A stretch of DNA of 64,000 nucleotides from a virus (lineage: Duplodnaviria > Caudoviricetes), in IMG/VR virus record IMGVR_UViG_3300033121_001938, positions 902 through 64,901 of that record; one strand, 5' to 3'. A program made the position numbers and the translations under genes. Below, piece after piece: positions 9,429 to 19,569 of the stretch. The notes below the pieces were generated by a model. The model was not told where the DNA came from, did no database searches, and saw nothing but the letters and a program-made list of their open reading frames with translations. Position 1 is the stretch's first letter; every line of letters begins with the position of its first letter.

Positions 9429-10889
9429 TTATTTTGCTATAGGATATTTTACGAAATGTTTTGGTTGTTCTAAATCTTCTATTTGAATTAATTCATATAA
9501 ATGACGTGGTTGCCATTTTTCAAATGTTTCTTCAATCCCATCAATTACATTTTGACACATATGTTTTGCTGACATCATTGATTCATCTGAAGTAACCCAT
9601 TTATAAGCTGCTTTTCCATAATTTTTAAAATCATCTGGAGTAACAGTTTTATCAAAATACATTTCATAAATCTGTTTTGCTATATCAAATGGTTCTGGTC
9701 TATCATCATAAATGTAAGGAGTAGGAATAGAACCTACAAGAGATAGATTAGAAGGAAAAACTGGGTAAGCCCATATTCCACAATCTTTATATTTTCCTCT
9801 ATGATTTGAACCAAATTCTTCTGTAAATTTAATCCATTCCCCGTTTTCGTCTTCAAATCTCATTTGATCTTGCATTCCACCAGTTACAGTAGCTATAATT
9901 GGTTTTCCACACATCATAGCTTCAGTTAAAGATAATCCCCATCCTTCATTACTACTAATTAGAATAGTTCCATCAGTAGAATTATAAAGTAAATTCATTA
10001 TATTTGTAGGATATCTTTCTTGAGAAAATATAATATTATATTTTTTATCATAACCATACAACATATCTTTTACTGCTTGTAAATCAGTACCATTTTCATC
10101 TGCTATCTGAGTATGTAAAATTAAAGCACATTTATGGGCTTTTTCTTCAGGTAAATCATCAATAAAAATTTTCCATGCCAACATTAAATCAGGTACAGAT
10201 TTTCTTCTTATATTTCTAGCATTATAAAGTAATGTAAAATCATATTCTTTTCCTTTAAATAATTGTTTTTTAAATTCTTCTAATGCTAAATATTCAGGAT
10301 GTTCTGTTGTAATAGGAAAGAAAAACTTTTCATTAATTCCATGAGGAACATATTTTATAACTTTTTCACTTGCTATTTCTGGTCCTAAAACACATCTATT
10401 TATGTTTTCTGTTTGTTTACTAATTGCTAATAAACCGTCACATGATTCATAAAACGATTTATTATACATTGGATAAGGTAAATCATCCCAAATGTTTAAA
10501 TATATAATAGGTAATTTTTTTCTTAATTCATGTTCCATTTGAAATAACCAAACCCAATACCTAGGATCTGTAAACATCATTAATGCATCTGGTTTTTCTA
10601 ATTCTATTAATTGTTTTAAAAAGAAAGGATCTCCATAACCACTAATTGGGTACAAAGTTACACTTGCATCTTCTATTTCAGCATATTTGTTAGTATCAGA
10701 ATTTATATCAAAACGTTTTCCTTGTTCTGGATGATTAATAGCACCTCCTAAATTCACCCAATTAAATCTATGGGCAGTACCAATTACTATTTCTCTAGCA
10801 ATTGTACTAATTCCTGAAGTCATTCTAATATCATCGCAAAGGAGTAGGATTTTTTTTCGGTCAGCTTGTGGTAAATAACCTTCTTTCAT
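9429..10889 (-). CDS. GT-B fold glycosyltransferase (family 4-like)
   Basis: DDIRMTSG, YVPHG, NARNIRRK and NEGWGLSLTEAM...TGG. Confidence 0.85.
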   Translation of the reverse strand: MKEGYLPQADRKKILLLCDDIRMTSGISTIAREIVIGTAHRFNWVNLGGAINHPEQGKRFDINSDTNKYAEIEDASVTLYPISGYGDPFFLKQLIELEKPDALMMFTDPRYWVWLFQMEHELRKKLPIIYLNIWDDLPYPMYNKSFYESCDGLLAISKQTENINRCVLGPEIASEKVIKYVPHGINEKFFFPITTEHPEYLALEEFKKQLFKGKEYDFTLLYNARNIRRKSVPDLMLAWKIFIDDLPEEKAHKCALILHTQIADENGTDLQAVKDMLYGYDKKYNIIFSQERYPTNIMNLLYNSTDGTILISSNEGWGLSLTEAMMCGKPIIATVTGGMQDQMRFEDENGEWIKFTEEFGSNHRGKYKDCGIWAYPVFPSNLSLVGSIPTPYIYDDRPEPFDIAKQIYEMYFDKTVTPDDFKNYGKAAYKWVTSDESMMSAKHMCQNVIDGIEETFEKWQPRHLYELIQIEDLEQPKHFVKYPIAK

Positions 10890-10913
10890 TCGTAACTTGA
10901 ATTTTATTTTATT

Positions 10914-10945
10914 TTAATATAAGGAAAATAAGACAGGAAACCAAA
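10914..10945 (-). promoter_or_regulatory. Bacteroidota-type sigma70 promoter upstream of the GT operon
   Basis: Minus strand reads TTTG-N20-TATATTAA. Confidence 0.7.
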
Positions 10946-10950
10946 TTAGA

Positions 10951-11142
10951 TTATAGGCTTCCTGTTAATTCTGTATCTAAAGTATTGTTGAGTTTTGTTC
11001 TAAATTCTTGATCTGTTATGTAAAGAAACATTCCTCTATCATTTAGTTTAGTAATGCTAAATTTATTTCTTACACATTCTACTTTAAATTCTTTAAATAA
11101 ATCTTTGCGAACTTTTACGCTTGTTAATTGTGTATCAGACAT
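10951..11142 (-). CDS. small putative ribbon-helix-helix DNA-binding protein
   Basis: TSVKV beta-strand pattern followed by helices; ATATTTAT motif upstream. Confidence 0.45.
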   Translation of the reverse strand: MSDTQLTSVKVRKDLFKEFKVECVRNKFSITKLNDRGMFLYITDQEFRTKLNNTLDTELTGSL

Positions 11143-11177
11143 AGTATAATATTTATGTATATAAATATATATAATAT

Positions 11178-12188
11178 CTATTTCCCAACATTTTTATCAC
11201 AAAGATTTGGTTTATCGTTGTAAGGACAATATTTACAACTACTTTCGCCAACTATTTTTTCATATTGTTTAATTATTGGTTTACCACTCTTATTAAAACA
11301 TTCATGAATAAATTTTTCAAACTTTATCATTGCTTGTTTACGTTTAGTTTTTCCACTAGGTGGTTTAAATCTTTGTATTCTTGGAATTACCCAATCAACA
11401 TTTTCATATAATTTACGTTTAACAATGAAAAATTCTACTTCAACATTTTCTACTGGAATATTGTACTGCTTAGAGAAGAATTCCTTATATAAAAGTATTT
11501 GAGCTAATTTATCTTGATCTTTTTTAGCTTTTGTTCCCCAACCACTCGTTGAGGTTTTAATATCATAGATATAAACTTTATTTAAATCTAAATCATATAA
11601 AGCGAAATCAATATAAGCTTTATAATATAAATTATTTGCTAATTTATAAATTAAAGGTAATTCAATTCCTAATAATTTTACATTTCGAATAGTAAAAATT
11701 TTATTTCTCCTTTTTTTAATCCATCTAAGAATTTCAATTCCATCATCATAAAAATTTCTCATTTCCTCGGCATCGCTAAAATGTACTCTTTCTTTCTGGT
11801 ATTCAGTTTTATATACTTCACTAAAACGTTCTTGAAAATAACTTTCTAAATCTAGTCTATCAGCTGATGCTCCATTTACTTCATACATTGTTTTAATATA
11901 ATGTTGTAAAGTTTCATGAATAGCTGTACCAAATACAGTATAAATTGTTGAATCAAAAGGTTTAAGATTCTCTACATAAGAAAGATACCACTTATGAGGA
12001 CAAGAAGACCACATTGAATATTGAGAATAAGAAACAGAACGTTGAAAACTATAATCTATTTCAACTGATATATGTTTTTTTATTTTTAATTCAACTTCAG
12101 ATAACTTTTTCTTTTTCTTTTTTGTTGTAGCGGTATCAAAATTATCATTTCCTAATATATCAAAAATTGTTTTGTTACTTTTTTTCAT
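11178..12188 (-). CDS. PD-(D/E)XK exonuclease, Cas4/AddB-like
   Basis: SYSQ...CPHKW, GTAIHE, IDF...DIKTS and terminal CKYCPY...LC Fe-S-type cysteines. Confidence 0.8.
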   Translation of the reverse strand: MKKSNKTIFDILGNDNFDTATTKKKKKKLSEVELKIKKHISVEIDYSFQRSVSYSQYSMWSSCPHKWYLSYVENLKPFDSTIYTVFGTAIHETLQHYIKTMYEVNGASADRLDLESYFQERFSEVYKTEYQKERVHFSDAEEMRNFYDDGIEILRWIKKRRNKIFTIRNVKLLGIELPLIYKLANNLYYKAYIDFALYDLDLNKVYIYDIKTSTSGWGTKAKKDQDKLAQILLYKEFFSKQYNIPVENVEVEFFIVKRKLYENVDWVIPRIQRFKPPSGKTKRKQAMIKFEKFIHECFNKSGKPIIKQYEKIVGESSCKYCPYNDKPNLCDKNVGK

Positions 12189-12495
12189 TTAAAGTACAAT
12201 TTAGTAAATCAGTGTAGTTTCTTAAATCTATTAATGTATCTTCTACACTTTCATTTTTAGCAATTTTATTACTAAATAATAAGTTACACAATCTTTGAAC
12301 TTTTAATAGAATATAAAACATATGAACACCTTCTACTTTAGATAAATCTATCTCTAGTAAATCACATAATTGATGCATTTGTTTAAAATTTTTCAAAACA
12401 TCTTCCCCTGCATAATCATGTCCTTTTGTTTTTAAAAGTTCAATACCTTTAGCATTTATAGTTTCTATTAATGTTAATTGTTGTTTTTGATCCAT
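12175..12495 (-). CDS. Nucleotide-modification-associated alpha-helical protein (DUF1599/Nmad1-like)
   Basis: KGHDYAG...NF and KVQRL...ESVEDTLIDLRNY pattern. Confidence 0.55.
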   Translation of the reverse strand: MDQKQQLTLIETINAKGIELLKTKGHDYAGEDVLKNFKQMHQLCDLLEIDLSKVEGVHMFYILLKVQRLCNLLFSNKIAKNESVEDTLIDLRNYTDLLNCTLNEKK

Positions 12496-12497
12496 TA

Positions 12498-12692
12498 TTA
12501 TTGTTTATTTAATTTTTGAATATCGTATCCATTTTCAACAGTATTAATTAATCCTATTTTTAAATGATCAATTATTTGTTGTTTAGAAAGTCTATGAGCG
12601 GAGTATGTAAGCCAATTTTGTAACATTGCAATATCAGTCCAAAAATGACTATTTGGTACTACATGCATATAGTTTGTGTTTTGTTCTGTCAT
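12498..12692 (-). CDS. hypothetical protein
   Basis: Packed ORF. Confidence 0.5.
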   Translation of the reverse strand: MTEQNTNYMHVVPNSHFWTDIAMLQNWLTYSAHRLSKQQIIDHLKIGLINTVENGYDIQKLNKQ

Positions 12693-13915
12693 TAGTTATT
12701 TAATTTAGCTTTTATTGTAGCATGAAAGAAATAATCATGTAATTTAAAATCACTTAATTCCATTGATTTAATTACAGCATCAATATCATTAAAATAACCA
12801 TAATCAGGTCCTAATTCAATTGTTTTATCAATATTTCCTTTCCATTCACCTTTAAATTTAAGAAAATTTCTTACTATTTTAGGACTAAAAGTAATACTTG
12901 GTAATTTAAATGAATCTCTTTCTATTTGTTCTTTAACAGCATCAAGATGATTAAGATAAATGTGAGTATCACCTAAATTACCTATTAATTCATCAGGCAC
13001 CATATTAGTTATCATTCCTAATATTTCAAGTAATAAACCATATGATGCGATATTAAATGGTAATCCTAAAAATGTATCTACTGAACGTTGATTCCAAGAT
13101 AATGAAATTGCCCTTTTAGGAACATTAGGAGCCCATTTTTCTAACCAATCATGAACGTGTTTATTATTTTCTTCTTTTTCATCAAGAATTAAAGCAATTA
13201 ATTTAATACATCCATCACCATTACCATTTTTTCCATACCATTCCCATCTTTCTTTTGCTGTTAATTCTCTTGTCCAAACCTGAAAACCATAATGACAAGG
13301 AGGAAGAACTGCCTTATCAATTTCAGATACATTCCATGCATTAACCATTAAACGTCTACTATCTGGGTTTGTTCTTAATTCATGGATTAAAATTCCCATT
13401 TGGTCGTGCCAAACAGAACCTCTAGCCATTCTATGAACATCAGGACATGCAACCCATTCTTGCCATCTTCTCCATTGTTTACCATATATTGGTCCTAAAT
13501 CTCCCCATTTTGTAGCAAATGAATCGTCTGTTTTTACTTTATTAATAAATTCTTCTTGGGTAAACATACTCAAAGTTCCATCCCCATTATCTCTCATCCA
13601 TTCATTCCATTCAGAAGAATTTTGAGATGTATATTTACAATAATTTTTGTAAACATCACCATCCCAAATATGACAATCATTATCTACAAGATATTTTATA
13701 TTTGTTTCACCTCTTAAAAACCAAATCAATTCAGTCACTATACCTTTAAAGTACATTTTCTTTGTAGTTAATAAAGGAAATCCTTCAGACATTTTATGTC
13801 TAATTTGTCTTCCGAATACACTTTTTGTACCAATTCCAGTTCTATCACCTTTAACAACTCCATTATCAAGTATGTCTTGTAAAAGTGATTGATATTGTTT
13901 ATCTAAATTATTCAT
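12692..13915 (-). CDS. thyA: Thymidylate synthase
   Basis: DRTGIGT, FPLLTTK, YGKQWR, LPPCH and NQRSVDTFLGLPFNIASY (the Asn is consistent with dUMP specificity); carries lineage insertions. Confidence 0.95.
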   Translation of the reverse strand: MNNLDKQYQSLLQDILDNGVVKGDRTGIGTKSVFGRQIRHKMSEGFPLLTTKKMYFKGIVTELIWFLRGETNIKYLVDNDCHIWDGDVYKNYCKYTSQNSSEWNEWMRDNGDGTLSMFTQEEFINKVKTDDSFATKWGDLGPIYGKQWRRWQEWVACPDVHRMARGSVWHDQMGILIHELRTNPDSRRLMVNAWNVSEIDKAVLPPCHYGFQVWTRELTAKERWEWYGKNGNGDGCIKLIALILDEKEENNKHVHDWLEKWAPNVPKRAISLSWNQRSVDTFLGLPFNIASYGLLLEILGMITNMVPDELIGNLGDTHIYLNHLDAVKEQIERDSFKLPSITFSPKIVRNFLKFKGEWKGNIDKTIELGPDYGYFNDIDAVIKSMELSDFKLHDYFFHATIKAKLNN

Positions 13916-14080
13916 TTTATTATACTTGTATTAATTTCTTAAATGATTCGATTTGATTTTGTTTAATACCTCTTAATTCTTTTAATGAATTGATAATAGC
14001 AATAGTTAAAGGAGTAGTTAAATATTTATTAACTTCTTCCATAAATTTAATTTGATCATCTAATGATGTTTCTGATATAT

Positions 14081-14641
14081 TCATCCTAAATTATATTTAA
14101 GTAATTCTTTAATGGCATTAATTCCATTTTCATTTATTTCTCTGGTTCCTATACCAGCAAAATGTTCAGTCAAAGTAGGTAAACAATTCATTTGTTCAAA
14201 TCTACCTGACTGATAATCATATTTAAACCAAGCATTTATATTTTGTTCAAATAAGTATATTTCTTTTCTATTATCAATAGCCATTTGAACAGCCCATCCT
14301 GTTCCTCCATCAACTATGGTACGTTTGTCATTAAAAAATTTTCCTATAGCAAAAATAGCATCAGCGTTTTTTACTTGAAACCAATTTCTTGATAATAAAT
14401 TCCTAATATATAGATTAAACTGTATTCTAAATAAAGGACGTTTAATTCCTTTTTCAGCAATTTTAACATTCATCCATCCTTCTTCTAATTCTTCATTAGT
14501 AAGTACTTTAGGATTTTTTCCATATTGGTCATGACCTTTGAAAGAATAAGCGATTGTCTTTACACCATATAAAAACGATTCATCTTCCCAAACCATATCT
14601 GAACCAATACATCCACCACTATGATTCGTATACTTTTCCAT
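14081..14641 (-). CDS. SLOG-superfamily (DprA/YspA/LOG-like) protein
   Basis: HSGGCIGSD, RNWFQVKNADAIFA and GGTGWAVQMA. Confidence 0.55.
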   Translation of the reverse strand: MEKYTNHSGGCIGSDMVWEDESFLYGVKTIAYSFKGHDQYGKNPKVLTNEELEEGWMNVKIAEKGIKRPLFRIQFNLYIRNLLSRNWFQVKNADAIFAIGKFFNDKRTIVDGGTGWAVQMAIDNRKEIYLFEQNINAWFKYDYQSGRFEQMNCLPTLTEHFAGIGTREINENGINAIKELLKYNLG

Positions 14642-15005
14642 TTATTTGTGATGTTATATCTTCAATATCTTCTCTCGACATCATGTTGATATATTCCTTA
14701 GCTTCTTTTTTACTTACTTCAAAATAGTCTCTTATAGCATATACTTCTTCATCATCATATTCAATCTTATTCTTAGCCTTAATATATTTTAAAAATTTAT
14801 ATTGTTTAGGAATAAGATCTTTATAAAGATTATACAAATGTTCACCTGACATCTGCCAAGTATTCTTTTGTACAATATTTACAACTTCACAATAATCAGG
14901 ATCCATACTAAGGAAACGATTTATCATCCAATTATTCCAACCTTCGTCTCCTAAATACTTTCCTTTTTGTGTGGTAATATTATTTAAATGATCAAATATA
15001 TTCAT
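14619..15005 (-). CDS. Clamp loader small subunit (T4 gp62-like)
   Basis: WMINRFLSMD and KFLKYIK...YFEVSKKEAKEY; the large subunit is nearby. Confidence 0.65.
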   Translation of the reverse strand: MNIFDHLNNITTQKGKYLGDEGWNNWMINRFLSMDPDYCEVVNIVQKNTWQMSGEHLYNLYKDLIPKQYKFLKYIKAKNKIEYDDEEVYAIRDYFEVSKKEAKEYINMMSREDIEDITSQINGKVYES

Positions 15006-15161
15006 ATTTTAATCTAAAAGTATAATTTCACAATTTGGGTATTTATTAATAACAAATCTTTCAGCTAAATGTTGAGGTAAATCATATACATCTATGAAAT
15101 CAATATCTCCATTAGGTTTATTAATCTGAAATTCCCAACAAACAAAATAATTAAACATATA

Positions 15162-15413
15162 TTATTTTACTTCTTCTGCTTCTTCAAATTGATTATTTCT
15201 TAATTGTGTTGGTAAAAACTCTTCATTTACATGACCACATTTAGTACAAGCAAATACAGGGATAGGTATTAAGGCATCTTGTGAAGTTCCTGTTAAAAAT
15301 CGAGATGCTTTACGAAGTAAAACTCCATCTTTAAATACTTCATTTTCACATACATCACATTTAATTCCTGTTGTTTTGTCTAAACTAATGTTTAGTTGAG
15401 TTGGTTGATTCAT
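15162..15413 (-). CDS. zinc-ribbon hypothetical protein
   Basis: CDVC...CTKCGH. Confidence 0.65.
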   Translation of the reverse strand: MNQPTQLNISLDKTTGIKCDVCENEVFKDGVLLRKASRFLTGTSQDALIPIPVFACTKCGHVNEEFLPTQLRNNQFEEAEEVK

Positions 15414-15417
15414 TTTG

Positions 15418-15609
15418 TTATATTTTTATTAATCTATTTGAATATGTATAACCTGGTTTTGATTTAGGAGTTCCGTTCCATCTTTCGGATAATACACCTA
15501 CTCCTCTTCCACCAAATTTAATTACTGTACCTGGTATTAATCTCTTAATACCAACTCTAACTACTTTATCTCCGATTTTTAATTCGTTACCTAAATAATC
15601 TGTTACCAT
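15418..15609 (-). CDS. small SH3/KOW-like hypothetical protein
   Basis: DYLGNELKIGDKVV pattern. Confidence 0.5.
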   Translation of the reverse strand: MVTDYLGNELKIGDKVVRVGIKRLIPGTVIKFGGRGVGVLSERWNGTPKSKPGYTYSNRLIKI

Positions 15610-15621
15610 AACTTTATTTTT

Positions 15622-15924
15622 TCATTTATTAATTTCATTTATTAAATTAGATACTATTATTAAATCTCCAGATACTTTTTTTCCAAATTTTTTCTCAAGT
15701 TTATTTTGTATTCCAAAATAATCAATATGGCAAAATATATTATCTCCTAATTTAAATTGTTCCATTTGATGATTTAATAATTCCTTAAATCTTTTATCTG
15801 CTTCATTCTCATTCAAAATATCTATATCACTGTATAGTTTTTCTGACATCTTCTTGTTATCATTATACCATTCCAACCTTTCAGGACTATTACCTTTTGT
15901 CATTATTTTATCAAAATTACTCAT
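15622..15924 (-). CDS. hypothetical protein
   Basis: Packed ORF. Confidence 0.5.
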   Translation of the reverse strand: MSNFDKIMTKGNSPERLEWYNDNKKMSEKLYSDIDILNENEADKRFKELLNHQMEQFKLGDNIFCHIDYFGIQNKLEKKFGKKVSGDLIIVSNLINEINK

Positions 15925-16529
15925 ATTATTTCTTTAAACTTCCAAATGAAACCAAATGCTGTTTTTTGTTTATTATTACAAACTGCACTTATATCTCCTA
16001 CTCTAATACCTGTTTGTCTAAATGCATCGTTTATTGATATAAATTCATTAACTTTTTTACCTTTTAAATCATATTGTATTACAGGTTTCTTAGTTGGATG
16101 AGAATCACTTATGTTTTGTCTCCATTCTTTTGATTTTACTCTTCCTCTAGCAGAATCACTTTTCTTTTGCTTAGTTTTTTTAGAATCTTTTTTTCCTAAA
16201 TGTGATTTACTCATCTTTTGTTTTGTTACTTCAGACATAATTCCTGTTCCGTTTGGTTCTCCTCCCGCTTTTAATACCAATCCATTAGGATGTAAAGCAT
16301 TAAAATAATATGTCCAATATAATTCACGTTCATTTAATTGTTCCCTTAAACATTCCTCTATTGATTCAAAGGTATGATTTTCGGCTCCATATTTCTTTAT
16401 TGAATTATGTACTAATATACATTTACAAGTATGTAAATTTTTATGAGCTAACATTCTTCTATGAATGTTTATACTTTGTCCAATATATATTTTACCTTTT
16501 GGGTTTGTTATTTTATAAATACCTATCAT
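15921..16529 (-). mobile_element. Free-standing GIY-YIG homing endonuclease (NUMOD3 + NUMOD1-like)
   Basis: MIGIYKITNP...IYIGQS, ERELYW, SEVTKQKMS and KQKTAFGFIWK; start moved to 16529. Confidence 0.9.
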
Positions 16530-16569
16530 ACCAATAAATATAATAAAATATTTATCCCCGTCAGGGAAT

Positions 16570-17496
16570 TTAAAGAACCTTATTCTTCGTAGTATCAAGT
16601 ATTCGAGCAACGCAAGCCATCATATTTATTTCCTTATCCGGAACTACTCCAGCACGCCAAATGAAATCATCTAATATTACAGATAATTGAGCATCATTAC
16701 CATAACTAAATTCAGATAAATGTTCAAACATATATCTAAAAGCGATTTGAAAATCGTCTACTTGAGTGTCTGCTACAAGTTGTCTAATTTGGTACCAAGC
16801 GTTTTTATCGCGCTTAACCAATATTTCAACTAATTGTTTACACCAATTATCGTTTATTTTAATATTAGATAATTTATTATTAATTGTATTTTGTTGTAAT
16901 ACTTTAATAATTGAACGAATATCAGGATAGAATTGTTTAATTATTGTTACTACATCATTAATATCATATTTTACTTTTTCAACATCAAGTATTTTTGTAC
17001 AAATATGTTTGGCAACTTCACCTTTTGAGGGTGGAATTAAAGTATGAATTTCACAACGAGAAGTGAGAGGTTCAATTAAACGTTCTAAATAATTACAAGT
17101 TAAAATAAAACGAGTATTTATTGAATGTTCCTCAATTATATTACGCAATGCTGCTTGAGCAGGTTGAGTAAGAAAATCAGCTTCATCTAATATCACAATT
17201 TTAATTGGATGAAATGTAGCTGATGATGCAAAACCTTTTACTTTTTCTCTAATTGTGTCAATACCATTTTCATCACTAGCATTCAAATATCTATAATCGC
17301 ATTTCAAATTTCCAACAACTAATTTTGCTAATGTTGTTTTTCCTGTTCCAGCAGGACCATTAAATATAAAATGGGGAATATCGTTTTGTTTAAGACATTC
17401 TGCTATACGATTTTTTACTTCATCATTCCCTATATAATCTTCTAATTTTTTAGAACGATACTTTTCAATCCAAAGAGTATGTTGTTTATTTGTCAT
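16570..17496 (-). CDS. Clamp loader large subunit (T4 gp44/RFC-like AAA+)
   Basis: LWIEKYR, GPAGTGKTT, NASDENGID, ILDEAD and FILTCN. Confidence 0.95.
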   Translation of the reverse strand: MTNKQHTLWIEKYRSKKLEDYIGNDEVKNRIAECLKQNDIPHFIFNGPAGTGKTTLAKLVVGNLKCDYRYLNASDENGIDTIREKVKGFASSATFHPIKIVILDEADFLTQPAQAALRNIIEEHSINTRFILTCNYLERLIEPLTSRCEIHTLIPPSKGEVAKHICTKILDVEKVKYDINDVVTIIKQFYPDIRSIIKVLQQNTINNKLSNIKINDNWCKQLVEILVKRDKNAWYQIRQLVADTQVDDFQIAFRYMFEHLSEFSYGNDAQLSVILDDFIWRAGVVPDKEINMMACVARILDTTKNKVL

Positions 17497-17500
17497 AACC

Positions 17501-17923
17501 TTATTTTAATGTTTTTGTATAATTCAGAATATATGATTTAATATTTTCATATCCTGAAGGATTCATAGTATGAATTAACCAAACAGGAAATGTTATTCTT
17601 GTATTAAAATTTTCCATATGATAATCAACTAACCATTTTACTGCGTCGTAACCTGTCTTTTCTTGAAATGATTCATATAATTTAGAATATTCTTCTTTAT
17701 TATTCATTTTTTCTAAATCATAATGTTCATCTGCTAAATCATGATCAAAACTAACTACATCAGGTAATCCTAATGTAGTGATAATATCAACAAATTCATC
17801 ATAATTTCTTGCTATAACCCATTCTTCTAAATAGATAGGATTGGCCTTACCTATTCTTTTATGCATATATGAAGCACATTCAACAGGTTCTCTAACATCA
17901 TCTAAAAATAGTTTATAACTCAT
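17501..17923 (-). CDS. Cyclic-phosphate-processing receiver-like domain protein
   Basis: LFLDDVREP, SFDHDL, KTGYD and IHTMNP pattern. Confidence 0.6.
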   Translation of the reverse strand: MSYKLFLDDVREPVECASYMHKRIGKANPIYLEEWVIARNYDEFVDIITTLGLPDVVSFDHDLADEHYDLEKMNNKEEYSKLYESFQEKTGYDAVKWLVDYHMENFNTRITFPVWLIHTMNPSGYENIKSYILNYTKTLK

Positions 17924-17932
17924 ATTATGAAA

Positions 17933-19558
17933 TTACATACTTAAATCTGCCATATCAAAACCATCTTCTTTCTTTTTATCTTTAGGATTATTATGAATAA
18001 CACATTCAGTTGTTAATAAAGTAATAGCAGCAGCAGAAGCATTTTCTAATGCTAGTCTTACTACTTTAAATGGATCAATTATTCCTGATTTATATGAATC
18101 TACTAATTGTTTTTTTTCAATATCAGGAACCAATGTTTTATCACTTTCCTTATCCATTTTTAATATCCAAGGCATTTTTGATTCACCAGCATTTTCTAAT
18201 ATTCTTTCAAATGGTTGAACACATGCTTTCCAAACAATTTCTCTTCCTGTTTCAAAATCCTTATTATTATCTTTGTTTTCAACAATTACATCTCTTGATC
18301 TTAATAATGCTACTCCTGCACCAGGAACAACTCCTTCTTCAATAGCTGCTTTTGCTGCTTGTAAGGCATCATCTAAACGATCTTTTCTTTCTTTCATTTC
18401 AATATCATTCCCTCCACCTATATTAATAATAGCTACACCTCCTATTAATTTAGATAAACGATCTTGTAATTTTTCAATTTCATATGGAGAATTTGATTTA
18501 TCAATTTGGTTTTTTAATTCCTTTATACGTTCTTTAATTTTTTCTGTTTCACCTTTACCATCAATAATTGTAGTTGTATCTTTTCCTACTGTAACTGTGC
18601 GGGCAGAACCTAACCATTTCAAATCAAATTTGTCTAATCTCATTCCTTTTTGAGATGATACAACTGAACCTCCTGTTATAGTAGCTATATCTTCAAGAAT
18701 TAATGTTCTTCTTTCTCCAAAGTCAGGAGCTTTAACAGCAGCAACTTTTAAAATTCCTCTCATTTTATTAACAATAAGAACTGCTAATGCTTCACCATCA
18801 ATATCCTCTGCTACAATTAAAAGAGATTTATTCTTTTGAGATATATTTTCTAATATAGGTAACAAATCTTTTGCTGCATTTAATTTACCATCTATTATAA
18901 GAACAAAAGGATCTTCTAAAATAGCAGACATAGTATTATTATCTGTTACCATATAAGGTGATCTATAACCACGATCAAATTGCATACCTTCAACTACTTC
19001 AAGATATGTTTCACCTGTACGAGATTCTTCTACTGTTACTACACCATCTCTTCCTACTTTTTTTAATGCTTGTGAAACTAATTTTCCTATTTCTTCATCA
19101 CCATTAGCTGATAATGTTGCTACTTGTTGAATTTGATCTTCTTCATCAATAGGTTTATGTAAATTTTTTAATTCTTCAATTATCTCTTTTGTAGCAGTTT
19201 CAATACCTTTTTTAACTTGAGTGACATTAGTTTTTTTATATGAAGTAGCTTCTATTGCTTGTGATGAAATTGAATATGCTAATACAGTTGCAGTAGTTGT
19301 ACCATCACCTGCTCCATTAACAGTTTTTTCTGCTGCTTGTTTTAATACACTTGCAGCCATATTTTCAATAGGATCTTCTAATATTACTGATTTAGCAACA
19401 GTAACACCATCTTTTGTTGATTGAACTTCATGTTCTTTTTGAATTAAAACATTACGTCCATATGGTCCTAATGTTACTGATACTGCTTTATGTACTTTAT
19501 CAATTCCTGCTTTTAATTTTTCTTTTGCTTCTCTATCAAAACTTAATATTTTACTCAT
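17933..19558 (-). CDS. groEL: Chaperonin GroEL
   Basis: TLGPYGRNV, DGVTVAK, GDGTTTA, GMQFDRGY, KAPDFG and GVVPGAG. Confidence 0.97.
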   Translation of the reverse strand: MSKILSFDREAKEKLKAGIDKVHKAVSVTLGPYGRNVLIQKEHEVQSTKDGVTVAKSVILEDPIENMAASVLKQAAEKTVNGAGDGTTTATVLAYSISSQAIEATSYKKTNVTQVKKGIETATKEIIEELKNLHKPIDEEDQIQQVATLSANGDEEIGKLVSQALKKVGRDGVVTVEESRTGETYLEVVEGMQFDRGYRSPYMVTDNNTMSAILEDPFVLIIDGKLNAAKDLLPILENISQKNKSLLIVAEDIDGEALAVLIVNKMRGILKVAAVKAPDFGERRTLILEDIATITGGSVVSSQKGMRLDKFDLKWLGSARTVTVGKDTTTIIDGKGETEKIKERIKELKNQIDKSNSPYEIEKLQDRLSKLIGGVAIINIGGGNDIEMKERKDRLDDALQAAKAAIEEGVVPGAGVALLRSRDVIVENKDNNKDFETGREIVWKACVQPFERILENAGESKMPWILKMDKESDKTLVPDIEKKQLVDSYKSGIIDPFKVVRLALENASAAAITLLTTECVIHNNPKDKKKEDGFDMADLSM

Positions 19559-19569
19559 ATTTTATTATT

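Noticed and set aside
11178-12188. Cas4 as part of a CRISPR-Cas system
   Set aside because: No cas1/cas2 or array; stand-alone Cas4-like nucleases are common phage recombination genes
12692-13915. ThyA homologue as a pyrimidine hydroxymethylase for DNA modification
   Set aside because: It retains the canonical PFNIASY Asn and other dTMP-synthase motifs
16555-16568. TTCCCTGACGGGGA hairpin after the clamp loader gene
   Set aside because: Short stem with no immediate U-tract; too weak to call a terminator
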